Below are positions 36,026-45,279 of a stretch of DNA of 64,000 nt, piece after piece. A model generated the notes under the pieces. That model was not told where the DNA came from and made no database searches. It was given only the letters and a program-made list of their open reading frames with translations. The stretch's first letter is position 1; each line of letters opens with the position of its first letter. The position numbers and the translations under genes were made by a program. Source of the stretch: Armatimonadota bacterium (GTDB lineage Bacteria; Armatimonadota; Fimbriimonadia; Fimbriimonadales; GBS-DC); assembly GCA_023511915.1 (NCBI GenBank), contig JAIMAN010000003.1, positions 1,049 through 65,048 of the forward strand, given 5' to 3'.

Positions 36026-38183
36026 GACGCGGCTCAAGCGGCGTGCGCCGCAGTGGGCGTCGTGGTCGGCGGGGCTGACGGGCGCGGCGATTGCGCTGGC
36101 GCCGTGGCTGGCGGGCAGCGTCTATGTGGGCGCGCGTCCCGTGTCGCCCGATGCGACGCTCGGCGCGCTGCTCTGGAGCGCGGATATGCCGCTGATGGGC
36201 ATGCTGGTCGTCGGCGCGCTGCTGCTGGCGGGCTTTTTCACAGCGGGCTGGAACGCCGAGATGTGGCGGTTGCCCGTCGGACGCTTCGCGCTGCCGTTCG
36301 CGCTGCTGATTGTGTGGATGGGGCTGTCCGCCGCGCTGATGCAGTCGGGCTGGGCGGGCATGCATCGCTTGGTGCAGTGGCTGCTGGGGCTGCTGTGCAT
36401 CGTGAATCTGGCGGCGGTTGCACGGCGGGGCGCGACAGGGTGGCTTGTGGTCGCGCCGATGATTGCCAGCGCGAGCCTGTTGGGACTGCGCGGCTGCGCG
36501 GAGTACCTCGCCAACGCGCTGGGTGGGGTTCCGAACTGGCGCATCTTCGCGAGCTTTTTCAACCCGAACCTGCTGGCGGGCTACTTGGCGATGAGCGCGC
36601 CGCTGACGCTGGGCGCGCTGCTGATGTTGGGGCGCGAGTTGCCCGAACCGCGTCGGCGCGCCTACACCGCGCTGCTGACCGTCGGGCTGTGGCTGCAACT
36701 CAGTGCGCTTGCCCTCACTGCCTCGCGGCTGGGGATGCTGGCGTTTGTGGGCGCGGCGGCGGTCTTTCTGGGGCTTGCGGGCGCGTGGCGACTGCTGGGG
36801 CGCGATTTCGTCATGCGCCTTGCGGTGGTCGGCGTGCTATTGGTAGGCGTGTTCTGGCTGAGTACCCCCGCCACGCAGCGGCTGACCCCGCAGGCGGCGA
36901 CGCAGGATGTGCATTCGGGCGCGTTCCGCATCGAGACTTGGAAGGGCGCGCTGCGCACCGCGCTGGCGAACCCGATACTGGGCGTGGGCACAGGCGCGTT
37001 CGAGTGGCAGTACCCGCGCTATGCGAGCGTCGGCTACACCCGCGCAGCGCATAATACCTATCTGGAACTCGCCGCCGAGTCGGGACTGCCCGCGCTGGCG
37101 TTGCTGATTGCGCTGGCGGTTGGCTGGCTGGGGCGCGCGTTGCAGGGCGAGCAGCCCCCTGACCCTGCCCGACCCGCGCCCCGCGTGATGGACTGGCGTC
37201 CGATACGGGCGGGCGTCATCGCGGCTGTGGTGGGCGCGGCGCTACACAACGCCGTCGATTCTGACCTGCAGGCGTTCGCGAACCTGCTGACGCTGTGCGC
37301 GCTGCTGGGGCTGGGGCTGGCGTTCGCGGTGGATGGCGTGTACGCGCTGCCTGTGCGCGCGATTGAACGGCGCGGCACCGCGCTGACGATTACGCTGGTC
37401 GCACTGACTGCTTTGACGGGCTTCGGGCTGGGCGAGTGGTACGCCAATCAGGGCAAGTACGAGACGCTGGTCTCGCATGTGCCCCAAGCGGCAGAGTATT
37501 ACAGCGCGGCGCGTCGGTTCGACCCCACCAACGCCGACTACCTGATGGACGCGGGCGAGCTGTATTACGCGCTGGGCAGACGCGAGACCGCGCTGGAGCT
37601 GATGACCCGCGCCGTGCGCCTCAAGCCCTCGCCGCGCAACCTCTATCGGCTGGGGCTGTATTACGAGCGCGAGAACGACCGCGAACGCGCCCGCGCCCAG
37701 TTCGTAGCTGCGCTGGAACGCGACCCGCATAGCCTGCCCGCCCTGCTCAAACTCGCCCAGTACGCCCAGCCCGACCCCAACGACCCACGCTTGAGCGACG
37801 AAGCACGGAGGTACTACGAGCGCGTCGTCGAGATACAAAACAGCCCCTACGGGCATATCCGCGCGGTTCCTGAGATCGTGGAGACGGCGTATGGCTTTGC
37901 GCACCTCGCGCTGGCGCGCCACTACCGCGCGCTGGGTGAGACGGTCAAGGCGCAGGGGCACTACGAGCAAGCGTTGCAGGTGTTCCGCAACTACCGCGAG
38001 GTCACCTATCCGTTCAACTTGGCGGGGCGAGGGCTGGGGCTGTATAACCCCGAACGCGAGCGGCAGATTCTCAGCGCGCACCTGCAGGCGTTGCAAGACT
38101 TGGCGACGCTCTACGAGTCGCAGGGGCGCACCCAAGACGCCAACGCGCTTCGACAGGAGTATGCGCGGTTGAGTGCGGAGTAG
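35988..38183 (+). CDS. O-antigen ligase (Wzy_C) family protein with C-terminal TPRs
   Basis: FFNPNLLAGY, TASRLG, PILGVGTGAF, AHNTYLELAAESG, TPR-like helices. Confidence 0.85.
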   Translation: MQRNGAKHSGNGKTRLKRRAPQWASWSAGLTGAAIALAPWLAGSVYVGARPVSPDATLGALLWSADMPLMGMLVVGALLLAGFFTAGWNAEMWRLPVGRFALPFALLIVWMGLSAALMQSGWAGMHRLVQWLLGLLCIVNLAAVARRGATGWLVVAPMIASASLLGLRGCAEYLANALGGVPNWRIFASFFNPNLLAGYLAMSAPLTLGALLMLGRELPEPRRRAYTALLTVGLWLQLSALALTASRLGMLAFVGAAAVFLGLAGAWRLLGRDFVMRLAVVGVLLVGVFWLSTPATQRLTPQAATQDVHSGAFRIETWKGALRTALANPILGVGTGAFEWQYPRYASVGYTRAAHNTYLELAAESGLPALALLIALAVGWLGRALQGEQPPDPARPAPRVMDWRPIRAGVIAAVVGAALHNAVDSDLQAFANLLTLCALLGLGLAFAVDGVYALPVRAIERRGTALTITLVALTALTGFGLGEWYANQGKYETLVSHVPQAAEYYSAARRFDPTNADYLMDAGELYYALGRRETALELMTRAVRLKPSPRNLYRLGLYYERENDRERARAQFVAALERDPHSLPALLKLAQYAQPDPNDPRLSDEARRYYERVVEIQNSPYGHIRAVPEIVETAYGFAHLALARHYRALGETVKAQGHYEQALQVFRNYREVTYPFNLAGRGLGLYNPERERQILSAHLQALQDLATLYESQGRTQDANALRQEYARLSAE

Positions 38184-39021
38184 TCTGCTGAAGTTTCTCA
38201 GTTAGTCTCGGACGATACCGTACAGGACGGTTCTTGACCAGGGTCTTCGGCGCGATGGGCTTATGAAACACCAAGATGTACGAATGCACATTCATCGCCT
38301 GATAGGGCTTTGCGCCGAACGGGCGAAACCCGCCCGAACGGTAGTACCGCCACACATACAGGTCGAACAAGTCGAACCCACGCGCCTGCATCAAGCCAAT
38401 CACATCGGCGTGCAACGGCAAAATCACGCGGCTGCGGGCAATCCGATAGTCCGCCACGAAGATGGCGCAGTACCGATTGGGCTTCAGCACCCGCGCCATC
38501 TCGTCGAACGCAATCGCCAGCGCGTCGAGGAAGGCGTCGTAGTCCTCAATCGTGCTGAGGTCGGCGGGCAGGTCGGAGTAGCGAATCATGTCGGCGTAGG
38601 GAATGTCTGTCACGATAGCGTCGACGCTGTCGGCGCGTATCGGCAGTGCGCGTGCGTCGGCGCGTAGACACAGTTGCGCATCCACCCGCGGCGATTCGAA
38701 CAGCGACCCCGTGCGCAGCGCGGCGAGTTTCTTCTGGGCGACCTCCAGCGCGTAGGGGCTGATGTCGACGCTAATAGAGCGTCGCTGGCGCAAGGCGCAC
38801 TCCACGGCGACCGTGCCCCCGCCTGCGAACGGATCCAGCACCACCTCGCCTGGCGCACTTAGCCGCTCCACGAACTCGCCCATCACCTGCGGCAGAATCT
38901 TCGTCGGGTAGTCGCACAGGTTGTGCGGGAAGGGCACGCTCGCCTCCCGACCCATGTCGATGACCGACTTGTAGCCGACTTTCTCGCGCGACGGCTCTAA
39001 TTCGCGGGGCATAGACATCAA
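38071..39021 (-). CDS. orphan amino-methyltransferase (DNA/RNA N4/N6 family)
   Basis: DPFAGGGT motif I and TDIPY motif IV variant; start could be 39018 or 39012. Confidence 0.75.
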   Translation of the reverse strand: MMSMPRELEPSREKVGYKSVIDMGREASVPFPHNLCDYPTKILPQVMGEFVERLSAPGEVVLDPFAGGGTVAVECALRQRRSISVDISPYALEVAQKKLAALRTGSLFESPRVDAQLCLRADARALPIRADSVDAIVTDIPYADMIRYSDLPADLSTIEDYDAFLDALAIAFDEMARVLKPNRYCAIFVADYRIARSRVILPLHADVIGLMQARGFDLFDLYVWRYYRSGGFRPFGAKPYQAMNVHSYILVFHKPIAPKTLVKNRPVRYRPRLTEKLQQTTPHSTAHTPVEARWRLGCAPATRRASPSLATPAGAR

Positions 39022-39077
39022 TTTCGCAGCGCACGGCGCGTTTCCTGCCGATGGTGTATAATATGCTGGGTGGCGCG

Positions 39078-39566
39078 ATGAAAACGATTGGGCGATTTTC
39101 GCCGTATCTGGTGATTCTGCTGGCTGTCATAGGACTGCTGGGGTGGGCGCGTACCGAGCAGCAGCGCGCCGAAGACGCAATGCACGAGACCTTCGACTTC
39201 CGCGAGCCAGTGTGGAACGACCGCTTGCCCACCGTGCGCAAGGAGACCCAACAGCAGCCGACCGACGAAGCCAAACTGCGCACGCTGGCAGACCGACTGA
39301 CCCACCACTACCGCGAACTGGACACCCCGCTGCGCTTCAAGGTGATTCAGACCGACAACGGCGCGCTGGCGTTGCGGTTGAACGCGGCGGCGGCGCTGCC
39401 CCGTTGGTACACTGCACGCGCCGCGCGACTGGGCTACGACGAAGCCAGCCGCGCGCTCGGACGCGAAGTGCCCGTGCATATCTACGAGACCTACATCGTC
39501 GGCAGCGCGCGACTCATCGGCGTCTGCCGCGCCCGCAACGGCACAGTGGAGGTCGCCCTGCGATAG
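39078..39566 (+). CDS. hypothetical membrane-anchored protein
   Basis: N-terminal TM, host-like codon use. Confidence 0.65.
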   Translation: MKTIGRFSPYLVILLAVIGLLGWARTEQQRAEDAMHETFDFREPVWNDRLPTVRKETQQQPTDEAKLRTLADRLTHHYRELDTPLRFKVIQTDNGALALRLNAAAALPRWYTARAARLGYDEASRALGREVPVHIYETYIVGSARLIGVCRARNGTVEVALR

Positions 39567-39576
39567 GAGACGCCCC

Positions 39577-40593
39577 ATGCGTGTGGCTTTCTTCGACTTA
39601 GAGCCGTGGCAGCCCGACTACCTGCTCGCGGGCTTGCAACGACTGGGCATCGCCGAGCGCGTGCAGGCGGACTTTTTCGAGGATCACCTCACGCCCGACA
39701 CCGCCGCCCAATACGCCGACTACGACGCGATTGTCGTCTTCATCTGGACAAAGGTCAGCAGCGCCGTCATCGATGCGCTGCCCAACCTACGCCTGATCCT
39801 CACGATGTCCACAGGCTACGACCATATTGACCTGCAGGCGTGCCGCGCGCGCGGGATTACGGTGTGCAATGTGCCCCACTACGGCGAGAACACGGTGGCG
39901 GAACACACCTTCGCGCTGATCCTTTCGCTTTCGCGCAAGTTGCACGCGGCGTACTTTCAGGGCTTGCGCGGCGAGTACCGCATCCGCGAGTTACGCGGGT
40001 TCGACCTGTACGGCAAGACGCTGGGCGTCATCGGCGCGGGCAATATCGGGCTGCATGTGATTCGCATCGCGCGCGGGTTCGGCATGCGCGTGCTGGCGTA
40101 CGACATGCGCCCGCACCCGCTGCTGGCGGAGGTGCTGGGATTCACCTACACCGACTTGGACACGCTGCTCGCCGAATCGGACATTGTGTCGTTGCATGTG
40201 CCCGCGCTGCCCCAGACGCATCACCTGATTAACCGCGAGACGCTGCGCAAGATGAAGCGCGGCGCGCTGCTCATCAACACCGCGCGCGGCAGCGTGGTGG
40301 ACACCGAAGCGCTGCTGTGGGCGCTGGAGGAAGGGATTCTGGCGGGCGCGGGGCTGGATGTGATTGAGGGCGAAGAGTATATCACGGAGGAGAGCGCGCT
40401 GCTGAAGATGCCCCTCGCCGAACAGACGCTCAAGCAGGTCGTGCAGGCGCACTTATTGCTGCGGCGCGACGATGTGGTGTTCACCCCGCACATCGCCTTC
40501 AACAGCCACGAGGCGGTGCAACGCATTCTGGACACCACGCTGGCGAACCTGAAGGCGTTTCTGGAGGGGCAGCCGCAGAATACGGTCGGCTAA
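39577..40593 (+). CDS. D-lactate/D-2-hydroxyacid dehydrogenase
   Basis: TGYDHID, GAGNIG, INTARG, TPHIAF. Confidence 0.92.
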   Translation: MRVAFFDLEPWQPDYLLAGLQRLGIAERVQADFFEDHLTPDTAAQYADYDAIVVFIWTKVSSAVIDALPNLRLILTMSTGYDHIDLQACRARGITVCNVPHYGENTVAEHTFALILSLSRKLHAAYFQGLRGEYRIRELRGFDLYGKTLGVIGAGNIGLHVIRIARGFGMRVLAYDMRPHPLLAEVLGFTYTDLDTLLAESDIVSLHVPALPQTHHLINRETLRKMKRGALLINTARGSVVDTEALLWALEEGILAGAGLDVIEGEEYITEESALLKMPLAEQTLKQVVQAHLLLRRDDVVFTPHIAFNSHEAVQRILDTTLANLKAFLEGQPQNTVG

Positions 40594-41405
40594 TCCACCT
40601 TCGGCAACTCGCTGCGGTTTGCAGGACCGATGCGGTTCAGCGGCCAGAACACGAACAGCGCCTTGCCTACCACACGCTTGGCGTCCAGCAAGCCCCAGTG
40701 GTGTCCGTCGCTGCTGTTGTTGCGGTTGTCGCCCAGCATGAGGTACTTACCCTTCGGAATGGGCTGCGAGGGGGTGCGCAGCACCTTCTGGCGCTCCGCT
40801 TCGTTGAACACGGGCTTGCGCATGGTGTTCTCGCCGCCCTTCCAGATGTCGCCGAAGTCGTTGTATTCGTAGACCCAGCCGTCGATGATTTTCATCGAGT
40901 ATTGCGGGACGCCGTTCAGGTACGGCTCGTTCAGCAACTTGCCGTTGAGGTACAACCCTTCGCCTGCCCGCACCTCGATGATGTCGCCTGGCATGCCAAT
41001 CAGCCGCTTCACGAAGTCGGTTTTGCCAGGCGTCTGCCACGGGTTCAGCGCCCAGTCGGGCGCGCGGAACACCACGATATCGAACCGCTTCGGCTCGCTG
41101 AAGCGATAACTATATTTGCCCACCATCACCACATCGCCGACCTTCAGGGTGGGCACCATCGATTCGGAGGGGATATAGAATGGCTGCGCGACATACGGGC
41201 GGATGATGAGATAGACCAAGATGCCCGCGTAGATAATCGCGTCCAGCAGGTTGTTGACGAACCGCGCGGGGCGGTTCTGAATCGGCGCGACGAGGAGTCG
41301 GATCGCTGTGCAGACCGCCATCGCCAGCACAACGGTCACGATAGGCAGCCGCGCCAGCGTCTCGATCCAGGTCAGCGGTCCCGACGGGGGCGCGAACGGC
41401 TCCAT
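40590..41405 (-). CDS. lepB: signal peptidase I
   Basis: IPSESMVPTL, FVKRLIG, GDNRNNSSDG; directly downstream of rplS. Confidence 0.92.
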   Translation of the reverse strand: MEPFAPPSGPLTWIETLARLPIVTVVLAMAVCTAIRLLVAPIQNRPARFVNNLLDAIIYAGILVYLIIRPYVAQPFYIPSESMVPTLKVGDVVMVGKYSYRFSEPKRFDIVVFRAPDWALNPWQTPGKTDFVKRLIGMPGDIIEVRAGEGLYLNGKLLNEPYLNGVPQYSMKIIDGWVYEYNDFGDIWKGGENTMRKPVFNEAERQKVLRTPSQPIPKGKYLMLGDNRNNSSDGHHWGLLDAKRVVGKALFVFWPLNRIGPANRSELPKVD

Positions 41406-41761
41406 CAGCGGCTCATGTCCTCTTTCAGGCGCGCCGCCTTGCCCGACAGGTTGCGCAGGTAATACAACTTCGCGCGGCGCACCTTACCCTTGCGCACGAC
41501 CTCGATCTTTGAGACCATCGGCGAGTGAATCGGGAAGGTGCGCTCCACGCCGATGCCATACGAGACCTTGCGCACGGTAATCGTGTCAGCGATGCCGCGA
41601 TGCTTGCGGGCAATCACGACGCCCTCGAAAATCTGGATACGCTCCTTGCCGCCCTCCACCACGCGCACATGCACGCGCACCGTGTCGCCGGGGCGAAACT
41701 CCGGCACATCCTGCTTCAGGTAGGGCTGCTCCACTTCCTGCAATACGGTGTGGTTCATCAT
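41405..41761 (-). CDS. rplS: 50S ribosomal protein L19
   Basis: [26 protein letters not shown]. Confidence 0.98.
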   Translation of the reverse strand: MMNHTVLQEVEQPYLKQDVPEFRPGDTVRVHVRVVEGGKERIQIFEGVVIARKHRGIADTITVRKVSYGIGVERTFPIHSPMVSKIEVVRKGKVRRAKLYYLRNLSGKAARLKEDMSR

Positions 41762-41874
41762 AGCACCTCGCTTTTTGCGTCTCTACGCGCGCGATAGGAT
41801 ACCCCATGCGCGAATGCAAAGTATACCCCAACCAACGCCCGTGCAGGTATACTCCTGCTATGCGAGGTGGACGC

Positions 41875-42633
41875 ATGCGACAGGACATCTGCTGGTGGTG
41901 CTTTCAAGGGCGCGTGGAACCGAAACGACTGATTGCCGAAGCGAAACGCATCGGCTACGAGGGCTTCGAACTTGTGCCTGAACCGCTGTGGGACGCCATC
42001 AAGGAAGCCGATATGCACATCGTCACGCACGGGGGGCACGGTACGATTGAGAACGGCATGAACGACCCGCGCAACCACAGCCGTATCGAGGACGAACTGA
42101 AGGCGAACATCGACAAGGCGGTCAAGTACGAAATCCCCATCCTCATCTGCTTTTCGGGCAATCGGCGCGGTCGCCCCGACGAGGAGGGCATCGAAAACAC
42201 CGTCGCCTGCCTCAAGCGCGTCGCGCCCTACGCTGAACAGAAGGGGATTACGCTCGCGCTGGAGATTCTCAACAGCAAGGTGGATCACCGCGACTACCAG
42301 TTTGACCGCATGCAGTGGGGCGTGCGCGTGGTGGAGTTGGTCAACTCGCCGCGCGTGAAGATTCTGTACGACATCTACCATGCGCAAATCATGGAGGGCG
42401 ACATCATCCGCACGATTCGGGCGCACCACGACAAAATCGCCCACTACCACACCGCGGGCAACCCCGGACGCAACGAGATCGACGACACGCAGGAACTGAA
42501 CTACCCCGCGATTATGCGCGCCATCAAGGAGACGGGCTACACGGGCTGGATTGGGCAGGAGTTCGTGCCCAAAGGCGACCCGCTGGCAGCCCTACGCGAT
42601 GCCTTCGAGCGGTGCCAGCCGCGCGGGGGCTGA
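41875..42633 (+). CDS. hydroxypyruvate isomerase family TIM-barrel protein
   Basis: LEILNSKVDH, YDIYHAQIMEGD, HTAGNPGRNE; alternative start at 41860. Confidence 0.88.
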   Translation: MRQDICWWCFQGRVEPKRLIAEAKRIGYEGFELVPEPLWDAIKEADMHIVTHGGHGTIENGMNDPRNHSRIEDELKANIDKAVKYEIPILICFSGNRRGRPDEEGIENTVACLKRVAPYAEQKGITLALEILNSKVDHRDYQFDRMQWGVRVVELVNSPRVKILYDIYHAQIMEGDIIRTIRAHHDKIAHYHTAGNPGRNEIDDTQELNYPAIMRAIKETGYTGWIGQEFVPKGDPLAALRDAFERCQPRGG

Positions 42634-42658
42634 TTGGAGTGCGTATAATTAGGCAGAG

Positions 42659-42892
42659 GTGAATCGCGTGAGCCTGCGTGGCGTGATCCGAGGGCGTACC
42701 ATCGAGTTGGACGAGCCGCCGCCGCTGCCCGACGGCACACGAGTGGAGGTAGACATTAAGTCGCCCCCATGCCCTGACAACCCCTTTTGGGGACGCTGGC
42801 GCGCCAGTGAAGACCTGATTGCTGAGATCGAGCAAGCAATCATGATGGCGCGGGAAAACACCCCGTGGAGGCGCCCCGATGAGGAGGGTTAG
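42659..42892 (+). CDS. small antitoxin-like protein (AbrB/DUF104-like), orphan
   Basis: GVIRGRTIELDEPPPLPDGTRVEVDI followed by an acidic helix. Confidence 0.55.
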   Translation: MNRVSLRGVIRGRTIELDEPPPLPDGTRVEVDIKSPPCPDNPFWGRWRASEDLIAEIEQAIMMARENTPWRRPDEEG

Positions 42893-42921
42893 AGCGATGC
42901 TGATAGCAATGCGCCAACTAT

Positions 42922-42950
42922 GCAACCTTTCACGCCGTTGCCGTCTCTAA
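42922..42950 (+). promoter_or_regulatory. putative ECF-sigma promoter
   Basis: GCAACCTTTC-N13-CTCTAA, same spacing as 10592-10620. Confidence 0.55.
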
Positions 42951-42981
42951 CCAGTGTGGAACACCACCTACGGAGGCGACG

Positions 42982-43653
42982 ATGACGATAATCCAAGAGA
43001 AGGACCGACAGGTATTAGCGCAGCGGCTTTCGGCGCTGCCCAACACGGTGAAGCTGGTCGTGTTCACCACCAACCAGCAGCCCGAAACCAGCGAGCTGGT
43101 CTCGCACCTGATGCAGGAGCTGGTGAGCGTCAGCGGGGGCAAGCTGACGCTGGAGCAGCACGCGCTGGAGGCGGAGCCAACCGTCGCACAGGAGTACGGC
43201 ATCACGCACGCGCCCGCAATCGTGGTGCGCACAGAAGACAAAGACTACGGCGTCCGCTATCTGGGCGCGCCTGCAGGCTTCGAGTTCGCCTCGCTGATCG
43301 GGGCGATCGAGGATGTCGGCAAGGGCGACCCTGCGCTGTCCCCTGATAGCCGCCTGATGCTGGCGAACCTGCGCAACCCCGTGCATATTCGGGTGTTTGT
43401 GACCTACGGGTGCCCCTACTGCCCTGCCGCAGTGCGCATGGCGCACAAGCTGGCGATGGCAAGCGACCTGATTACCGCCGAAGGCGTCAGCAGCGAGGAG
43501 TTCCCTGAGCTGGCGAATCATTACGGCGTGATGGCGGTGCCGAAGACGGTGGTCAACGACCGCCACAGTTTCGAAGGCGCGCTGCCAGAGCCTGCGTTTG
43601 TGCAGCAGGTGCTGCGCGGGGCGTCCAGCAGCGGGCTAATTATCGTCCCGTAG
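42982..43653 (+). CDS. protein disulfide oxidoreductase (PDO/AhpF N-terminal-like, tandem thioredoxin folds)
   Basis: GAPAGFEFASL, TYGCPYCP, VMAVPK, FEGALPE. Confidence 0.85.
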   Translation: MTIIQEKDRQVLAQRLSALPNTVKLVVFTTNQQPETSELVSHLMQELVSVSGGKLTLEQHALEAEPTVAQEYGITHAPAIVVRTEDKDYGVRYLGAPAGFEFASLIGAIEDVGKGDPALSPDSRLMLANLRNPVHIRVFVTYGCPYCPAAVRMAHKLAMASDLITAEGVSSEEFPELANHYGVMAVPKTVVNDRHSFEGALPEPAFVQQVLRGASSSGLIIVP

Positions 43654-44229
43654 CGAGTCGTCGGTCGGCACGAGGCGTGCGCCGTGCGCCTGCATCTCCT
43701 GCAGGGCGCGTGCGCTGTCGTCGGGCTGCAGGTTCACCCCGCGAATTGCGTCGGTCAGCACGACGACCTCGTAGCCGTGCTTGAGCGCGTCCAGCACGGA
43801 CGCCCGCACGCAGTAGTCGGTCGCCAGCCCGCCCACCAGCAGGCGGCGTATGCCGTGCGCCTGCAACACCTCGTGCAGCGTCCTGCCGTCGTCGGTGTGT
43901 CCCTCGAACGCCGAGTAGCCGTCGTCTTCCGTGCCCGTGCCTTTGGAGACGACAATCGCGCTGTCGGGCAGGCGCAGGTCGGGGTGGAACGCCGCGCCCG
44001 ATGTGCCCTGCACGCAGTGAACCTGCCACAACCCGCCGAACTCTTTGAAGTGGCGCGTGTTGCGCGGGTGCCAATCGCGCGAGGCGACCACCAGCCCGCC
44101 ACGCTGCGCAACCCATGCCGCCGCGCGGTTCAGCGGGGGGATCACCTGGTCGCCTTCGGGCACTGCCAGCGCGCCCCCAGGACAAAAGTCGTTCTGCACA
44201 TCCACAATCAGCAGCGCCGTCGGATGCAT
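43636..44229 (-). CDS. pncA: nicotinamidase
   Basis: VDVQNDFCPGGAL, DWHP, HCVQGT, GLATDYCV. Confidence 0.93.
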   Translation of the reverse strand: MHPTALLIVDVQNDFCPGGALAVPEGDQVIPPLNRAAAWVAQRGGLVVASRDWHPRNTRHFKEFGGLWQVHCVQGTSGAAFHPDLRLPDSAIVVSKGTGTEDDGYSAFEGHTDDGRTLHEVLQAHGIRRLLVGGLATDYCVRASVLDALKHGYEVVVLTDAIRGVNLQPDDSARALQEMQAHGARLVPTDDSLRDDN

Positions 44230-44265
44230 AACTGGAGTGTACCCTGTGTGTGGTACAATCCTGCC

Positions 44266-45279
44266 ATGCCTGACTACGCCCAAGTCGCCCAGCAGGTGTA
44301 CGCGCTGTACCAAGCCGTGCTGCGCGACGAGTCGCGCCCCGAACACGCCGCCGAACTGCTGAACTACTACCCGCGCCTGAACACGCTGGAAGGCTGCCGC
44401 GAATACACCCGCTTCGTGTACGACCTGTGTGCGCTGGCGCGGTTCGACCCGACGGGCAAGCGCGTGCTGGATGTCGGCTGTGGACTGGGACTGCAGTTGG
44501 TGATTCTGCACTTTATGGGCGTCGCCGAGGGGCACGGCTTTGACCCCTACGCCGACCGCCTGCAGGTGTTGCAGCGGATGATTGCCGAGCATGGGCTGAC
44601 GAGCCTGCACGCGACACAGACAGGATTGGACGAAGCGGACTACCCGCAGGGCGCGTTCGACATGGTTCTCTCCAACGAGGCGATTTCGCACTACCCCAGC
44701 GTGGAGCGGTTCCTGGAGCGGGCGGCGCAGTGGCTGCGCACGGGCGGCGTGCTGCTCATCGCCGACGGCAACAACGGCGCGAACCCCGCCTTAGCGCACA
44801 AGACGCGCCTAATCTGGCAGCGGTTCGAAAACGGACCCGCGGGCAAGTTTGAGGGGCACACGGTGCGGCAACCGTACCGTGAGATGCGCGAGGCGATTAT
44901 TCGCGAGTGCGCCCCCGACTTAGACGCCGAAACCGTCGCGGAGTTGGCGCGGCGCACCAGCGGGATGACCCAGCCCGCGATTCTGGATGCCGTGCGCCGC
45001 TACCGCGCCACAGGCGAGACGCCCAACTCCCGATTCACAGGCGAGGCATGTCCTGTGAATCCCTATTCAGGCGCGGTCATCGAGCGGCTGTTCGACCCGT
45101 TCCAGTTGGCGCGTCAGATTGAGTCCTACGGCTTCCGCGCCCGCGCCTATGCCTACTTTGGGGGCGCGAAGGGCAACCCGCTGGTGCGCACGGCGAACGC
45201 GATCCTCATGGCGCTGACCCCGCTGAGCATCCGCTGGGCGAACGCGTTTCGGATCGTTGCGGTACGGGTGTCGTCGTGA
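44266..45279 (+). CDS. class I SAM-dependent methyltransferase
   Basis: VLDVGCGLG, FDMVLSNEAISH, LRTGG. Confidence 0.85.
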   Translation: MPDYAQVAQQVYALYQAVLRDESRPEHAAELLNYYPRLNTLEGCREYTRFVYDLCALARFDPTGKRVLDVGCGLGLQLVILHFMGVAEGHGFDPYADRLQVLQRMIAEHGLTSLHATQTGLDEADYPQGAFDMVLSNEAISHYPSVERFLERAAQWLRTGGVLLIADGNNGANPALAHKTRLIWQRFENGPAGKFEGHTVRQPYREMREAIIRECAPDLDAETVAELARRTSGMTQPAILDAVRRYRATGETPNSRFTGEACPVNPYSGAVIERLFDPFQLARQIESYGFRARAYAYFGGAKGNPLVRTANAILMALTPLSIRWANAFRIVAVRVSS

